Of a stretch of 19,056 bases of DNA, positions 1 through 8,858 are shown piece by piece; position 1 is the first letter of the stretch; every line of letters begins with the position of its first letter. The DNA lies in IMG/VR virus record IMGVR_UViG_2695420589_000003; one strand, 5' to 3'. Made by a program: the position numbers and the translations under genes. The notes under the pieces were generated by a model that ran no database searches, was not told the origin of the DNA, and was given only the letters and a program-made list of their open reading frames with translations. The stretch comes from a virus (lineage: Duplodnaviria > Heunggongvirae > Uroviricota > Caudoviricetes).

Positions 1-19
1 GAAGGAGTGTCCGTTAAAC

Positions 20-340
20 TCAGGCTACCTCACACCACTCAGACACGCGAATGAGGTATCCCAGCGGCTCAATGGCCCGTCGCAGGGCGCTGATGGTTCC
101 TTTGTGTCGGTGTATCAGCCATGCATCACGAATCACCTGTCGCTTTGTCTCTTCCGGCCAGTTGCGATCCCAGCGGTCAACGGAAAACGCCCAGGCGAGA
201 TAAGGCAGCAGATGCACCGGGCAGGTGTCCGGCGACCACAGCGTGTTGAGGTCTGCCGGAATGTCTGTAATGCGTGTTCCGACGGCTTCGGCACAACGCA
301 TGAAATTGCTGGCTGATGGTGGTAACAGTGAATTACTCAT
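20..340 (-). CDS. I: Baseplate assembly protein gpI-like; ends at stop 20-22, apparently shorter than P2 gpI
   Basis: Track ORF 20..373; internal ATG at 340 gives N-terminus MSNSLLPP... with motif WSPDTCPVHLLPYLAWAFSVDRWD resembling recalled P2 gpI; lies immediately downstream of J as in P2. Confidence 0.7.
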   Translation of the reverse strand: MSNSLLPPSASNFMRCAEAVGTRITDIPADLNTLWSPDTCPVHLLPYLAWAFSVDRWDRNWPEETKRQVIRDAWLIHRHKGTISALRRAIEPLGYLIRVSEWCEVA

Positions 341-1229
341 TACGCCCACCTTCGCTGATGGTGAATGACTCACAGCGCGCCGCCTGTATGTCGCTGATGG
401 CCATATTCTGTGTGGGTTCGATTATCTCCACGCGTTGCACACCGTGCACATGCAGTGCGGCAGCAATGGCGGACAACGCCACGTCCTGACCGATAAGCCC
501 CTGCTCAGCCAGCCACTTCCTGAACGACGATTCAGCCGCAGCCAGAATAGGTTCGGATTCCGGACCGGGGTAAAAGTACAGTTTTGCATTCAGCCGCCAT
601 GTCACGATTCTGGCACTCTGTACGGTCAGGCGGTCGGCCACCGGGCGGGTATCCTCTGCATTCAGAACGGCGCGAACGGTATTAAGCAACGCCTCCGTTG
701 CTGTGCCGTCGCCCTCAGTGGACAGGATGGAAACCGTCACATTTGCCGGAGACGGACTGATGGCCCGCGCATCGCGCACCAGACCGCTGGCGCTGCGGGC
801 AAAATACTCGTATGCGCCTGACGGGCCTGCAACACTCAGGCCGTCATACGCCCGCTGCGCCCGCAGTCTCAGCGAGGTGTCGTTCTCCATCACCACGTCG
901 GTGGTATCCGTTGCCGGAGTGATAACCAGGCGCTTTGTGTTCATATTGCCCGCGAGGTTGTCCAGGTCTGTTCCGGCGCTGTGGCTCAACATGCAGGCGC
1001 GTGCGGCCTCATTGACCCGCTGGCGTAACAGCATTTCACGAAACGACATGGTTTGAGCGATAACGTTCAGGGGTTCCGATTCCAGTTCCAGTGCGGCGGA
1101 GACGACTTCACGCTGTTCGGCGGGATAAGCTGCAATCATCATGGCCTTTGTGTCAGCCAGAATTGCCTCAAAGTCAGGCTCCGCGATGATGGCGGGTTCC
1201 GGTAACTGGGAAAGGTCAACGGCAGGCAT
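333..1229 (-). CDS. J: Baseplate wedge protein gpJ
   Basis: 298-aa ORF (P2 gpJ is about 302 aa) with recalled similarity along its length; GAGGGAG RBS 6 nt upstream of ATG 1229; synteny W-J-I. Confidence 0.9.
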   Translation of the reverse strand: MPAVDLSQLPEPAIIAEPDFEAILADTKAMMIAAYPAEQREVVSAALELESEPLNVIAQTMSFREMLLRQRVNEAARACMLSHSAGTDLDNLAGNMNTKRLVITPATDTTDVVMENDTSLRLRAQRAYDGLSVAGPSGAYEYFARSASGLVRDARAISPSPANVTVSILSTEGDGTATEALLNTVRAVLNAEDTRPVADRLTVQSARIVTWRLNAKLYFYPGPESEPILAAAESSFRKWLAEQGLIGQDVALSAIAAALHVHGVQRVEIIEPTQNMAISDIQAARCESFTISEGGRNE

Positions 1230-1232
1230 GAT

Positions 1233-1583
1233 TTACTCCCTCAGCGTGATGGTTAATTCAACATTCTGCATGGTCTGCATGACAGTGCCCGACAGCGTCA
1301 CCCCGGCGTGGCCTCCTGCCTTCCAGACAACGTCGATGGCGTTCAGGGCAATGCGTGGTTCCCATCGTGTCAGTGCAATCACGGTAGCACTCATGCATTG
1401 CAGACGCGTGGTGTTATTCATGGGTTCGTCAATCAAATCAGGCACAAGGCTGCCATATTCCCGTCGCATAACCCGGCTTGCCAGCGGGGTGGTCAGGATG
1501 TCCCTGACTGACTGTTTCAGGTGCGCCATATCGTTCAGGTTTCCCGTCCCGTCCGGGTTCATTCCTGTGTAGCGGGTTGTCAC
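1233..1583 (-). CDS. W: Baseplate protein gpW
   Basis: 116-aa ORF starting MTTRYTGMN (P2 gpW about 115 aa, recalled similar start); GTG start overlaps the V stop as GTGA. Confidence 0.85.
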   Translation of the reverse strand: MTTRYTGMNPDGTGNLNDMAHLKQSVRDILTTPLASRVMRREYGSLVPDLIDEPMNNTTRLQCMSATVIALTRWEPRIALNAIDVVWKAGGHAGVTLSGTVMQTMQNVELTITLRE

Positions 1584-2187
1584 TGCGGGCCTCCTGTCGA
1601 ATCGCTGCCACCTTTAACGCCACCGTGCTTATGCGTATGCACTGTGATGCCGTTTGAGGTGAAATCGCCGCCGCTGTGCGTGATATTGCCGCTCATCGTT
1701 CCCCCTTTTGTGACGTCAAGCGTCGCTGTTCTCAGAAGGTCTGTGCATTCCACGACAGGCGTGTTCAGTGTCACGCTGATGGATGCCTGCAAAGTGGCCG
1801 TTTTCATGCCGCTTGCGCTCAGTGCGCCTGCGTCCGCGTCGTAGCGGAACACCGCGCCGTCCGGCGCGCTGACCACGATTTCTTTCAGGCTTTTGCCGGG
1901 TGCCGGAATGGCATCACTCCACAGGCTGCCGATTATCATGGCGGTTTCCGGGTTGCCGCCGATGCAGGCAATTGCCACCTGTTCGCCTGGTGATGGCGGA
2001 AACCACACGTTGNNNNNNNNNNNNNNNNNNNNNNNNNNNNNNNNNNNNNNNGCGTGGTGTTCCAGCGCAGCCAGCCTGTTTCCAGTTCGCCGCTGCGAAC
2101 GCGCACGCACCAGGATTCCTCATCAACTTCAGAGATGATCCCGGTGCGGATGATATTGCTCAGCAGTCGCATGAGTTCTGCGCTCAT
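1580..2187 (-). CDS. V: Baseplate spike/hub protein gpV; interrupted by masked run 2013-2051
   Basis: N-terminal part (MSAELMRLLSNIIRTGIISEVD..., ATG 2187, GGAGG RBS 7 nt upstream) and C-terminal part (...ITVHTHKHGGVKGGSDSTGGPQ) both resemble recalled P2 gpV; the two visible halves are in different frames across the mask. Confidence 0.8.
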
Positions 2188-2779
2188 CGTACAGCCTCCG
2201 CAATCCGGNNNNNNNNNNNNNNNNNNNNNNNNNNNNNNNNNNNNNNNNNNNNNNNNNNNNNNNNNNNNNNNNNNNNNNNNNNNNNNNNNNNNNNNNNNNN
2301 NNNNNNNNNNNNNNNNNNNNNNNNNNNNNNNNNNNNNNNNNNNNNNNNNNNNNNNNNNNNNNNNNNNNNNNNNNNNNNNNNNNNNNNNNNNNNNNNNNNN
2401 NNNNNNNNNNNNNNNNNNNNNNNNNNNNNNNNNNNNNNNNNNNNNNNNNNNNNNNNNNNNNNNNNNNNNNNNNNNNNNNNNNNNNNNNNNNNNNNNNNNN
2501 NNNNNNNNNNNNNNNNNNNNNNNNNNNNNNNNNNNNNNNNNNNNNNNNNNNNNNNNNNNNNNNNNNNNNNNNNNNNNNNNNNNNNNNNNNNNNNNNNNNN
2601 NNNNNNNNNNNNNNNNNNNNNNNNNNNNNNNNNNNNNNNNNNNNNNNNNNNNNNNNNNNNNNNNNNNNNNNNNNNNNNNNNNNNNNNNNNNNNNNNNNNN
2701 NNNNNNNNNNNNNNNNNNNNNNNNNNNNNNNNNNNNNNNNNNNNNNNNNNNNNNNNNNNNNNNNNNNNNNNNNNNNNNN

Positions 2780-2850
2780 CGCGCCTGCTGGGCGCGGCGT
2801 AAATCCTGTGCCAGCTTTCTGGCGATGTTATTAATGGCCTGCTGATTCAG
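2780..2850 (-). CDS. Short visible fragment of a tail gene between masked runs (possibly gpS)
   Basis: Minus-strand frame is open across the 71 visible nt (LNQQAINNIARKLAQDLRRAQQA); P2 places S between R and V. Position only, no motif. Confidence 0.25.
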
Positions 2851-3285
2851 NNNNNNNNNNNNNNNNNNNNNNNNNNNNNNNNNNNNNNNNNNNNNNNNNN
2901 NNNNNNNNNNNNNNNNNNNNNNNNNNNNNNNNNNNNNNNNNNNNNNNNNNNNNNNNNNNNNNNNNNNNNNNNNNNNNNNNNNNNNNNNNNNNNNNNNNNN
3001 NNNNNNNNNNNNNNNNNNNNNNNNNNNNNNNNNNNNNNNNNNNNNNNNNNNNNNNNNNNNNNNNNNNNNNNNNNNNNNNNNNNNNNNNNNNNNNNNNNNN
3101 NNNNNNNNNNNNNNNNNNNNNNNNNNNNNNNNNNNNNNNNNNNNNNNNNNNNNNNNNNNNNNNNNNNNNNNNNNNNNNNNNNNNNNNNNNNNNNNNNNNN
3201 NNNNNNNNNNNNNNNNNNNNNNNNNNNNNNNNNNNNNNNNNNNNNNNNNNNNNNNNNNNNNNNNNNNNNNNNNNNNNNNNNNNNN

Positions 3286-3465
3286 CAGCTCTCCGGCGTA
3301 ATCCATGACAAACATCACTATCTGATAGCGGTAAACAAACGATGGGGTTTCTCCGGTCGTTTCAATGTTGCCGCTCTCCACGAAAATGGTGAATTTTTCC
3401 GGGTTGGCATGACACCACCGGCATGAACGGGTCATGGCTTCACGCAGGGAATCAGTTTTCAGCAT
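3286..3465 (-). CDS. R: Tail completion protein gpR, N-terminal 60 codons visible; 3' end masked
   Basis: ATG at 3465; MLKTDSLREAMTRS... resembles recalled P2 gpR N-terminus; follows the lysis genes as in P2. Confidence 0.65.
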
Positions 3466-3742
3466 GGTTGTTGTCCTCGTTGTTCAGTCGTTGCAGCCTG
3501 CGCTGTTCCAGTAATTCAATGGCCCGCTTATCGGCGTTACAGGTTTCCAGTGCGTCCATGAGGCTGTCGCTCCATATCCCGATGTTTCCCCATGATGGCG
3601 TCACCGGAAACGGCGGGGGAAGTACGGGGGCGGTCAGCCCTTCCGGGATGAAACGGAACGACGGCGGCGGCGCGGACGCGTTCTGCGTGCTGGTGCAACC
3701 GCTCAGTAAAGCGAGCGTCAGGAACAGCGCGGGCACATGCAT
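3452..3742 (-). CDS. lysC: Outer-membrane spanin (o-spanin, LysC/Rz1-like lipoprotein)
   Basis: Track ORF 3452..3772; lipobox LLSGC after a hydrophobic stretch and a Pro-rich mature region (PPPSFRFIPEGLTAPVLPPPFP); starts inside lysB in another frame and runs past its stop. Start is either GTG 3772 or ATG 3742. Confidence 0.7.
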   Translation of the reverse strand: MHVPALFLTLALLSGCTSTQNASAPPPSFRFIPEGLTAPVLPPPFPVTPSWGNIGIWSDSLMDALETCNADKRAIELLEQRRLQRLNNEDNNHAEN

Positions 3743-4010
3743 CTGTCGTGATATCGTTGCGTAGCTGTTCACGTCGGATTTCCCCTTCCTGTTGTCGGTT
3801 CTGGCGCGCTGTCATGACGTCACGCAGTACACCGGATGCGGTGCTGATGATGGTGCCGGCCTCTTTCAGGGTCCGGCTGTAATCGTCCAGTTGCGCCTGT
3901 GTATAACGGTTGTGTCCGTCTTCCTGCCCCAGTCTGAATGTCTGCCAGAGTGTTATGGTCAGCAGCGTGAGGACGGTCAGTGCCATCATCAGGATGTAAC
4001 GCACTTTCAT
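3537..4010 (-). CDS. lysB: Inner-membrane spanin (i-spanin, LysB/Rz-like)
   Basis: 157-aa ORF with one N-terminal TM segment (ILMMALTVLTLLTITLW) and a charged periplasmic part; ATG 4010 overlaps the endolysin stop as ATGA. Confidence 0.7.
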   Translation of the reverse strand: MKVRYILMMALTVLTLLTITLWQTFRLGQEDGHNRYTQAQLDDYSRTLKEAGTIISTASGVLRDVMTARQNRQQEGEIRREQLRNDITTDACARAVPDARFTERLHQHAERVRAAAVVPFHPGRADRPRTSPAVSGDAIMGKHRDMERQPHGRTGNL

Positions 4011-4544
4011 GACTGGCCTCCGGTGTCACGTAAGCACCATGCACGAAAATCAGTACGACGGTTAACCAGTCCCTGTGAGCGTTCGCCGCCGCTGTTCACG
4101 AAGTCAGTCAGTCTGTTGCACATGTCAGGCCAGTTGTGCGCCTGTGCATGTTTCCAGATAGTGGTGCGGTGGTAGTTACGGTTCTTATCCCTGAACCACA
4201 TAAGATTTCTGCATCCAAGATTAAAGGCGGCATCTGTCATTGCCTCAAACGCGGACTGTGGCATGGCGTTGCCGCTGAAGTTCTGATTTATGCAGTTTTC
4301 TGCATGTTGCATATCATTAACCCAGCGCCCGGCGACTTCCGTTTCGGTGTACAGACGATTTTCCACATGCCCGGTCGAGCCGCACCCCACGGTCATTACC
4401 CCGGCAATATCCCGGTAAGGCGTTGCGCGACAGTCCTCCCATGTGGCAATGCGGATTTGCGCTTCCGGGCTGGTCCGGAGTTTGTGAGGGGCAATGGAGA
4501 ACCCCAGCGCCACAATGGCGGCTACGGCGTAACGTTTAACGGGC
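4007..4544 (-). CDS. K: SAR-type endolysin (GH24 phage lysozyme, P1 Lyz / phage 21 R-like); start hidden in mask 4545-4562
   Basis: Visible sequence has a weakly hydrophobic Ala/Gly-rich N-terminal segment (YAVAAIVALGFSIA), an E-x8-D-x5-T catalytic arrangement (WEDCRATPYRDIAGVMT) and blocks ENCINQNFSGNAMPQSAFEAMTDAAFNLGC and FVNSGGERSQGLVNRR that match recalled P1 Lyz. Confidence 0.85.
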
Positions 4545-4562
4545 NNNNNNNNNNNNNNNNNN

Positions 4563-4855
4563 GCTTTATCATGTGTATCGTTATCCCGCAGAATGTTCAG
4601 AGCCTGACGCTCACTGTCGTGAAGTGGCCGTGCGTCTGACTGCGCCAGGATACTGGCGATGAGTTCATTGCGACGCTGCATGGCGGTTTCCATCAGGCGG
4701 CGATGTCGCCAGGCATGTAATGCAGACAGAGAACCGAGTAACAACCCGGCAAGGGCGATTTTTTCACTGATGGTCATCACGCCTATTGTGGTGGCTGTGA
4801 CTGATGCCCAGAAGGTGATCCAGTCACTCACCCGCTGAAAAAAACCTGTTACCAT
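4563..4855 (-). CDS. Y: Holin with two predicted TM segments; stop hidden in mask
   Basis: ATG at 4855 sits 2 nt after the X stop; two hydrophobic segments (WITFWASVTATTIGVMTI; IALAGLLLGSLSALHAW) then a charged tail; directly precedes the endolysin. Confidence 0.65.
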
Positions 4856-5046
4856 AGCTGTATCATCTCTCGTTGTTTTTTCTTCTCCGGCTCCGGCATT
4901 TCCACCTCCTGTCCGGCTTCCAGAAATACCTGTCGGCAGAGTCCGGGGTTGGCATCCAGCACCTTTTCGGTGACGCCCTGCGTCGTGCCGTAGTACCGGA
5001 AACAGAGCGAATCCACGGTGTCGCCTTCCAGTGTCTTCACTTTCAT
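4849..5046 (-). CDS. X: Tail protein gpX
   Basis: 65-aa ORF from internal ATG 5046 (MKVKTLEGDTVDSLCFRYYG...LDANPGL), resembling recalled P2 gpX (67 aa); ATG overlaps the L stop as TGATG. Confidence 0.8.
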   Translation of the reverse strand: MKVKTLEGDTVDSLCFRYYGTTQGVTEKVLDANPGLCRQVFLEAGQEVEMPEPEKKKQREMIQLW

Positions 5047-5312
5047 CAGCACAACTCCGCAAAGATTCGCGGGCGGCACAGAATGTCAGAGATGGCCCAG
5101 CTCACATCGCGCCACAAATCCGATGTCTGTATATCCAGTGCGTCCGCCCGGCGGTCGCCCTTGTCCGTTGTGTCCGCATCGCGGTAACGCTCCAGAATCA
5201 GGGCGCGTGTGGCGGTATAAACAGCATTGCGCCAGTGCCAGAGATTGACGCTTTCTCCGTTAATTACAGGTGCCGGAACATCGGCCAGCGTCTGATGGCC
5301 AGCCGCCTGCTG
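5046..5312 (-). CDS. L: Head completion protein gpL, C-terminal part; 5' part masked
   Basis: Open minus-strand frame ending at stop 5046-5048, located between M and X as in P2. No motif verified. Confidence 0.55.
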   Translation of the reverse strand, partial: QQAAGHQTLADVPAPVINGESVNLWHWRNAVYTATRALILERYRDADTTDKGDRRADALDIQTSDLWRDVSWAISDILCRPRIFAELC

Positions 5313-5811
5313 NNNNNNNNNNNNNNNNNNNNNNNNNNNNNNNNNNNNNNNNNNNNNNNNNNNNNNNNNNNNNNNNNNNNNNNNNNNNNNNNNNNNNNNN
5401 NNNNNNNNNNNNNNNNNNNNNNNNNNNNNNNNNNNNNNNNNNNNNNNNNNNNNNNNNNNNNNNNNNNNNNNNNNNNNNNNNNNNNNNNNNNNNNNNNNNN
5501 NNNNNNNNNNNNNNNNNNNNNNNNNNNNNNNNNNNNNNNNNNNNNNNNNNNNNNNNNNNNNNNNNNNNNNNNNNNNNNNNNNNNNNNNNNNNNNNNNNNN
5601 NNNNNNNNNNNNNNNNNNNNNNNNNNNNNNNNNNNNNNNNNNNNNNNNNNNNNNNNNNNNNNNNNNNNNNNNNNNNNNNNNNNNNNNNNNNNNNNNNNNN
5701 NNNNNNNNNNNNNNNNNNNNNNNNNNNNNNNNNNNNNNNNNNNNNNNNNNNNNNNNNNNNNNNNNNNNNNNNNNNNNGCGTCTTCTGGTGCGGCTGCGGA
5801 ATCGGCTTTTT

Positions 5812-6504
5812 TCAGGGCGCGGGAAAGGGNNNNNNNNNNNNNNNNNNNNNNNNNNNNGTTGCAATCTCGCGTTTCACACCTGCGTTCTGGTTCAGATGCA
5901 TCGCTTCGCGCAGCAGCTTCAGTGATGAGGCCATGCTGTCCGCATCGCTCAGGCCACGGCGGGCAAAGGCGCACGCCTTGCATAATTTGGCGCGCACTTC
6001 GTCCGGCATATCCTGGTTGGCGACAATTTCCCAAAGTGTGTCCAGTGGTTCGATAAAGACGGACAAATCCGCGTCGGCATCCGTCCCGGCCTGCGTCAGT
6101 ACCGGATTGCAGATTTCTTCGGTCAGCACTGTGGCAGCAGTACGGCCAAAGTTATCCGGCATGATGAGGTTGTGACGGACCGCATACGCACCAATACGCA
6201 GCGCAAGCGGAAGATCGCCGCAGTCAATCGCCCACACCATCAGCGTGGCAATCACTTCGTCCTGTTGCCCGCCGTCAGCCTCCAGCGTTCCCTCAATCCA
6301 GCCGGAAAAGTCCGGCAACAACGCTTTTTTGATGTCGGCTTTCGCGCTTCTGGCCTGTACGCCCTTAAGCCGGGCCTGTGCCAGACGCAGACGATACAGC
6401 ACCTCTTCATGCGCGGTACGCGCGGCGTGGTCCACACCTTCATTCGCCCGGCCTGCGCGCTGTGCCATCACGTTCTGCCAGTGTTGCTGTGCAGGAGTAA
6501 TCAT
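5812..6504 (-). CDS. M: Terminase small (endonuclease) subunit gpM; 3' end uncertain because it crosses mask 5830-5857
   Basis: ATG 6504 with GGAGAG RBS; the block MPDEVRAKL and overall profile resemble recalled P2 gpM; synteny N-M-L. Confidence 0.8.
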   Translation of the reverse strand: MITPAQQHWQNVMAQRAGRANEGVDHAARTAHEEVLYRLRLAQARLKGVQARSAKADIKKALLPDFSGWIEGTLEADGGQQDEVIATLMVWAIDCGDLPLALRIGAYAVRHNLIMPDNFGRTAATVLTEEICNPVLTQAGTDADADLSVFIEPLDTLWEIVANQDMPDEVRAKLCKACAFARRGLSDADSMASSLKLLREAMHLNQNAGVKREIAXXXXXXXXXXPFPAP

Positions 6505-6521
6505 TTTTTCTCTCCGTTACA

Positions 6522-6540
6522 GGCGGGCATGATGCCCGCC
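6522..6540 (-). promoter_or_regulatory. GC-rich inverted repeat (GGCGGGCAT-G-ATGCCCGCC) in the N-M intergenic spacer
   Basis: Read directly; lies between the N stop (6550) and the M RBS/start (6504); not followed by a U-tract on the coding strand. Confidence 0.4.
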
Positions 6541-6549
6541 GTGAGTTGA

Positions 6550-7602
6550 TTAGCTGTCGGCGAACTTCAGGCCAGTGACCATCGCGCACTTGCCATAGTC
6601 TTCAACGACATAAGCGTCATTGATGGACTGGTAGGTGGCGATGCGGTTGTATTCCGGTTCGTCTTTCATCAGACGACGCATTGAACCTTTCTGCCAGTAA
6701 ATCGACAGGTTGTTGAATGAGGTGATCAGCATCGTTGCATCCGGGAAGAACGGTGCAAGGAACACACCCAGCCCGCCAATGGTGCGCGATGACAGGATGA
6801 GCTGCCCGGCAAGTAATTCCGCATTGGGATTCTGGCCGCTGATGCTGTTCAGCACTGGCAGACGCAGCGAGTTAAACAGGTTGCGCCCCATAATCACCAC
6901 GAGGTCGTCAGCTTCCTTGTGCCATTCATCCAGCAGAGATGAGCGCGCGTCCTGTACCAGTGCATCAGGGTTCGCGTATTTACCCGCGTGCGCCACGGTG
7001 TTGTCCATGTTGCGGGAAGTCAGCGTCACGTCATTCATTACGCGCTCGCTGGCATTGGTTCTGATGTGCTCCAGCCACCCCACGTTAACGTCCTGAAGCA
7101 GCTTGTTGGTGCTGAAGTTGGACTCATCCGCGTGAGATGTGCCGTTGAAACCGATCATGATGCGGTCAAGTGCCACCTGTCGGGCAATCTGTGCGCTGAT
7201 GCGGGACTGAAAATCGCTGTGTGCCGACCAGGCATCAAGCTGCGGATACGAAATAAACGTGTCGTAGTTCACCTGTTCGCACTGGTATTTGCGGTTTTTC
7301 AGATCAACCACGTTATTCGGGTTACGGCGTTTTGTTCCGTCATAACTGGTATTTGTGCGTGCAATCGGTCCTGTGGTGTCCAGGAGGATTTTTTCGCCTT
7401 TCTGGTCGGTCACGCCGATCACGTTAATTTTTTTTGTAAGTTCGGTGCTATCCTTTGAGGCGTTTTCAAAACGTTGCTGCACCGCAGGTTCCACGGTAAA
7501 TCGCGATACCAGTGCAGAAACCGGGATATTGTTAAGCGACGCCTGCTGCGCCATATAGCAACCCAGCTTGTTGCGGGTAATATCTGACATCACCAGATTC
7601 AT
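6550..7602 (-). CDS. N: Major capsid protein gpN
   Basis: 350-aa ORF (P2 gpN 357 aa) with recalled similarity (FTVEPAVQQ..., GKYANPDALVQDA..., LSIYWQKGSMRR...); AGGAG 10 nt upstream of ATG 7602 (alternative ATG at 7590). Confidence 0.9.
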   Translation of the reverse strand: MNLVMSDITRNKLGCYMAQQASLNNIPVSALVSRFTVEPAVQQRFENASKDSTELTKKINVIGVTDQKGEKILLDTTGPIARTNTSYDGTKRRNPNNVVDLKNRKYQCEQVNYDTFISYPQLDAWSAHSDFQSRISAQIARQVALDRIMIGFNGTSHADESNFSTNKLLQDVNVGWLEHIRTNASERVMNDVTLTSRNMDNTVAHAGKYANPDALVQDARSSLLDEWHKEADDLVVIMGRNLFNSLRLPVLNSISGQNPNAELLAGQLILSSRTIGGLGVFLAPFFPDATMLITSFNNLSIYWQKGSMRRLMKDEPEYNRIATYQSINDAYVVEDYGKCAMVTGLKFADS

Positions 7603-7625
7603 AAAAAATTTGCTCCTTTGTCTTA

Positions 7626-8462
7626 TCAGAAGTCAGCCAGCTGGTCGGAGGCTGCGCCCGTTGCGGTGAACCGGTTCTGCGGATCGCCGTCCTGCGTGCG
7701 CAGTTTTTCCTTCAGTGCTGTCAGCTCCGTGGTCAGTAAAGTGATTTTCTGGCTGTCCTGCTGATGGCGTGTTTCCAGCGCATTAAAACGGTCGATAATG
7801 TCGGCCTGTGACGTTGCGACGCTTTCCACCGCTTCCTGAATACGGGAGAAACTGGCGTCATCCGCTTTGCGGCCACGACCAATAATCCCCATTACGCGGT
7901 TAAACCACTGGGTGCCTTCTTCCTGGCGTTGTTCTGCCATTTCGATGATTTCAGACTCGATGGCTTCGGAGATAAGCGGTGCTTCACCCTGGATACTGTT
8001 GAACGTCATCACCGCCTGACGTTGCTGTGCCGTGAATTTCAGGCGCTCAGTGCCCAGGCTTGCCGGGGTGTCGGTCATCGCCAGCCCGACCAGATAGGCG
8101 CGCCCGTTAACGGAGAACTGCGGGTGCAGTTCGATACTGGAATAGATTTTCTTGCCGTCCGCGACAAGCTGCTTCATGCGCTCGGTCGGTTCGATTTCTG
8201 CATACAGCGCAGTACGTCCGGCCAGCGGACCTTCCGTAATGTCTTCCGTACTCAGTGCGGTGACATCGCCCATTGCGGAAAATTCGCTTGACGGGCATGG
8301 CGAGAGATAGTGCTCAACGTTCACGCGGGCAGCGTAAACATCCGGGTTGAAGTTCTCGGCGGCTTCACGCAGATGCACCGGACTGATTTCACGGCCATCA
8401 ACAGTTGATCCGGAGACAGCCACGCGAAACTTTTTGCGGGATGTCTTTTTTTCATTAGCCAT
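7626..8462 (-). CDS. O: Capsid scaffolding protein gpO
   Basis: Internal ATG 8462 (MANEKKTSRKKFRV...) with GAGGGG RBS; 278 aa versus P2 gpO 284 aa; block YLVGLAMTDTPASLGTE matches recalled gpO; divergent from P as in P2. Confidence 0.85.
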   Translation of the reverse strand: MANEKKTSRKKFRVAVSGSTVDGREISPVHLREAAENFNPDVYAARVNVEHYLSPCPSSEFSAMGDVTALSTEDITEGPLAGRTALYAEIEPTERMKQLVADGKKIYSSIELHPQFSVNGRAYLVGLAMTDTPASLGTERLKFTAQQRQAVMTFNSIQGEAPLISEAIESEIIEMAEQRQEEGTQWFNRVMGIIGRGRKADDASFSRIQEAVESVATSQADIIDRFNALETRHQQDSQKITLLTTELTALKEKLRTQDGDPQNRFTATGAASDQLADF

Positions 8463-8858
8463 AGTTTTTGCCCCTCTGACTGGTTCTTCAGTCATGATGG
8501 CAAAGCGTAACAGGCTGATACAAAGGGCTTTTGTTGTAAGAAAACGGCCAGAACAGGGGGNNNNNNNNNNNNNNNNNNNNNNNNNNNNNNNNNNNNNNNN
8601 NNNNNNNNNNNNNNNNNNNNNNNNNNNNNNNNNNNNNNNNNNNNNNNNNNNNNNNNNNNNNNNNNNNNNNNNNNNNNNNNNNNNNNNNNNNNNNNNNNNN
8701 NNNNNNNNNNNNNNNNNNNNNNNNNNNNNNNNNNNNNNNNNNNNNNNNNNNNNNNNNNNNNNNNNNNNNNNNNNNNNNNNNNNNNNNNNNNNNNNNNNNN
8801 NNNNNNNNNNNNNNNNNNNNNNNNNNNNNNNNNNNNNNNNNNNNNNNNNNNNNNNNNN

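Noticed and set aside
2013-2051. Apparent frameshift in gpV (the N-terminal and C-terminal halves are in different frames across the mask) and a similar frame ambiguity for gpM across 5830-5857
   Set aside because: The mask length may not reflect the true sequence, so a real frameshift or pseudogene cannot be distinguished from a masking artefact.
1900-2845. Long track ORFs made mostly of X (for example 1900..2802, 2054..2845, 5031..6056, 5270..6175, 16662..17443, 16753..17922, 8347..8868)
   Set aside because: They are translations of N-masked runs with short real flanks, so they carry no evidence of coding.
2188-3465. The R-S interval is about 360 nt longer than needed for P2-sized R plus S, hinting at an extra small gene
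   Set aside because: The excess lies entirely within masked sequence and cannot be evaluated.
8518-8560. Ogr-type TGT-N12-ACA late-promoter box near TGTTGTAAG...GAACA at the edge of the P/O divergent region
   Set aside because: The spacing is 15 or 18 rather than 12, and the rest of the promoter region is masked.
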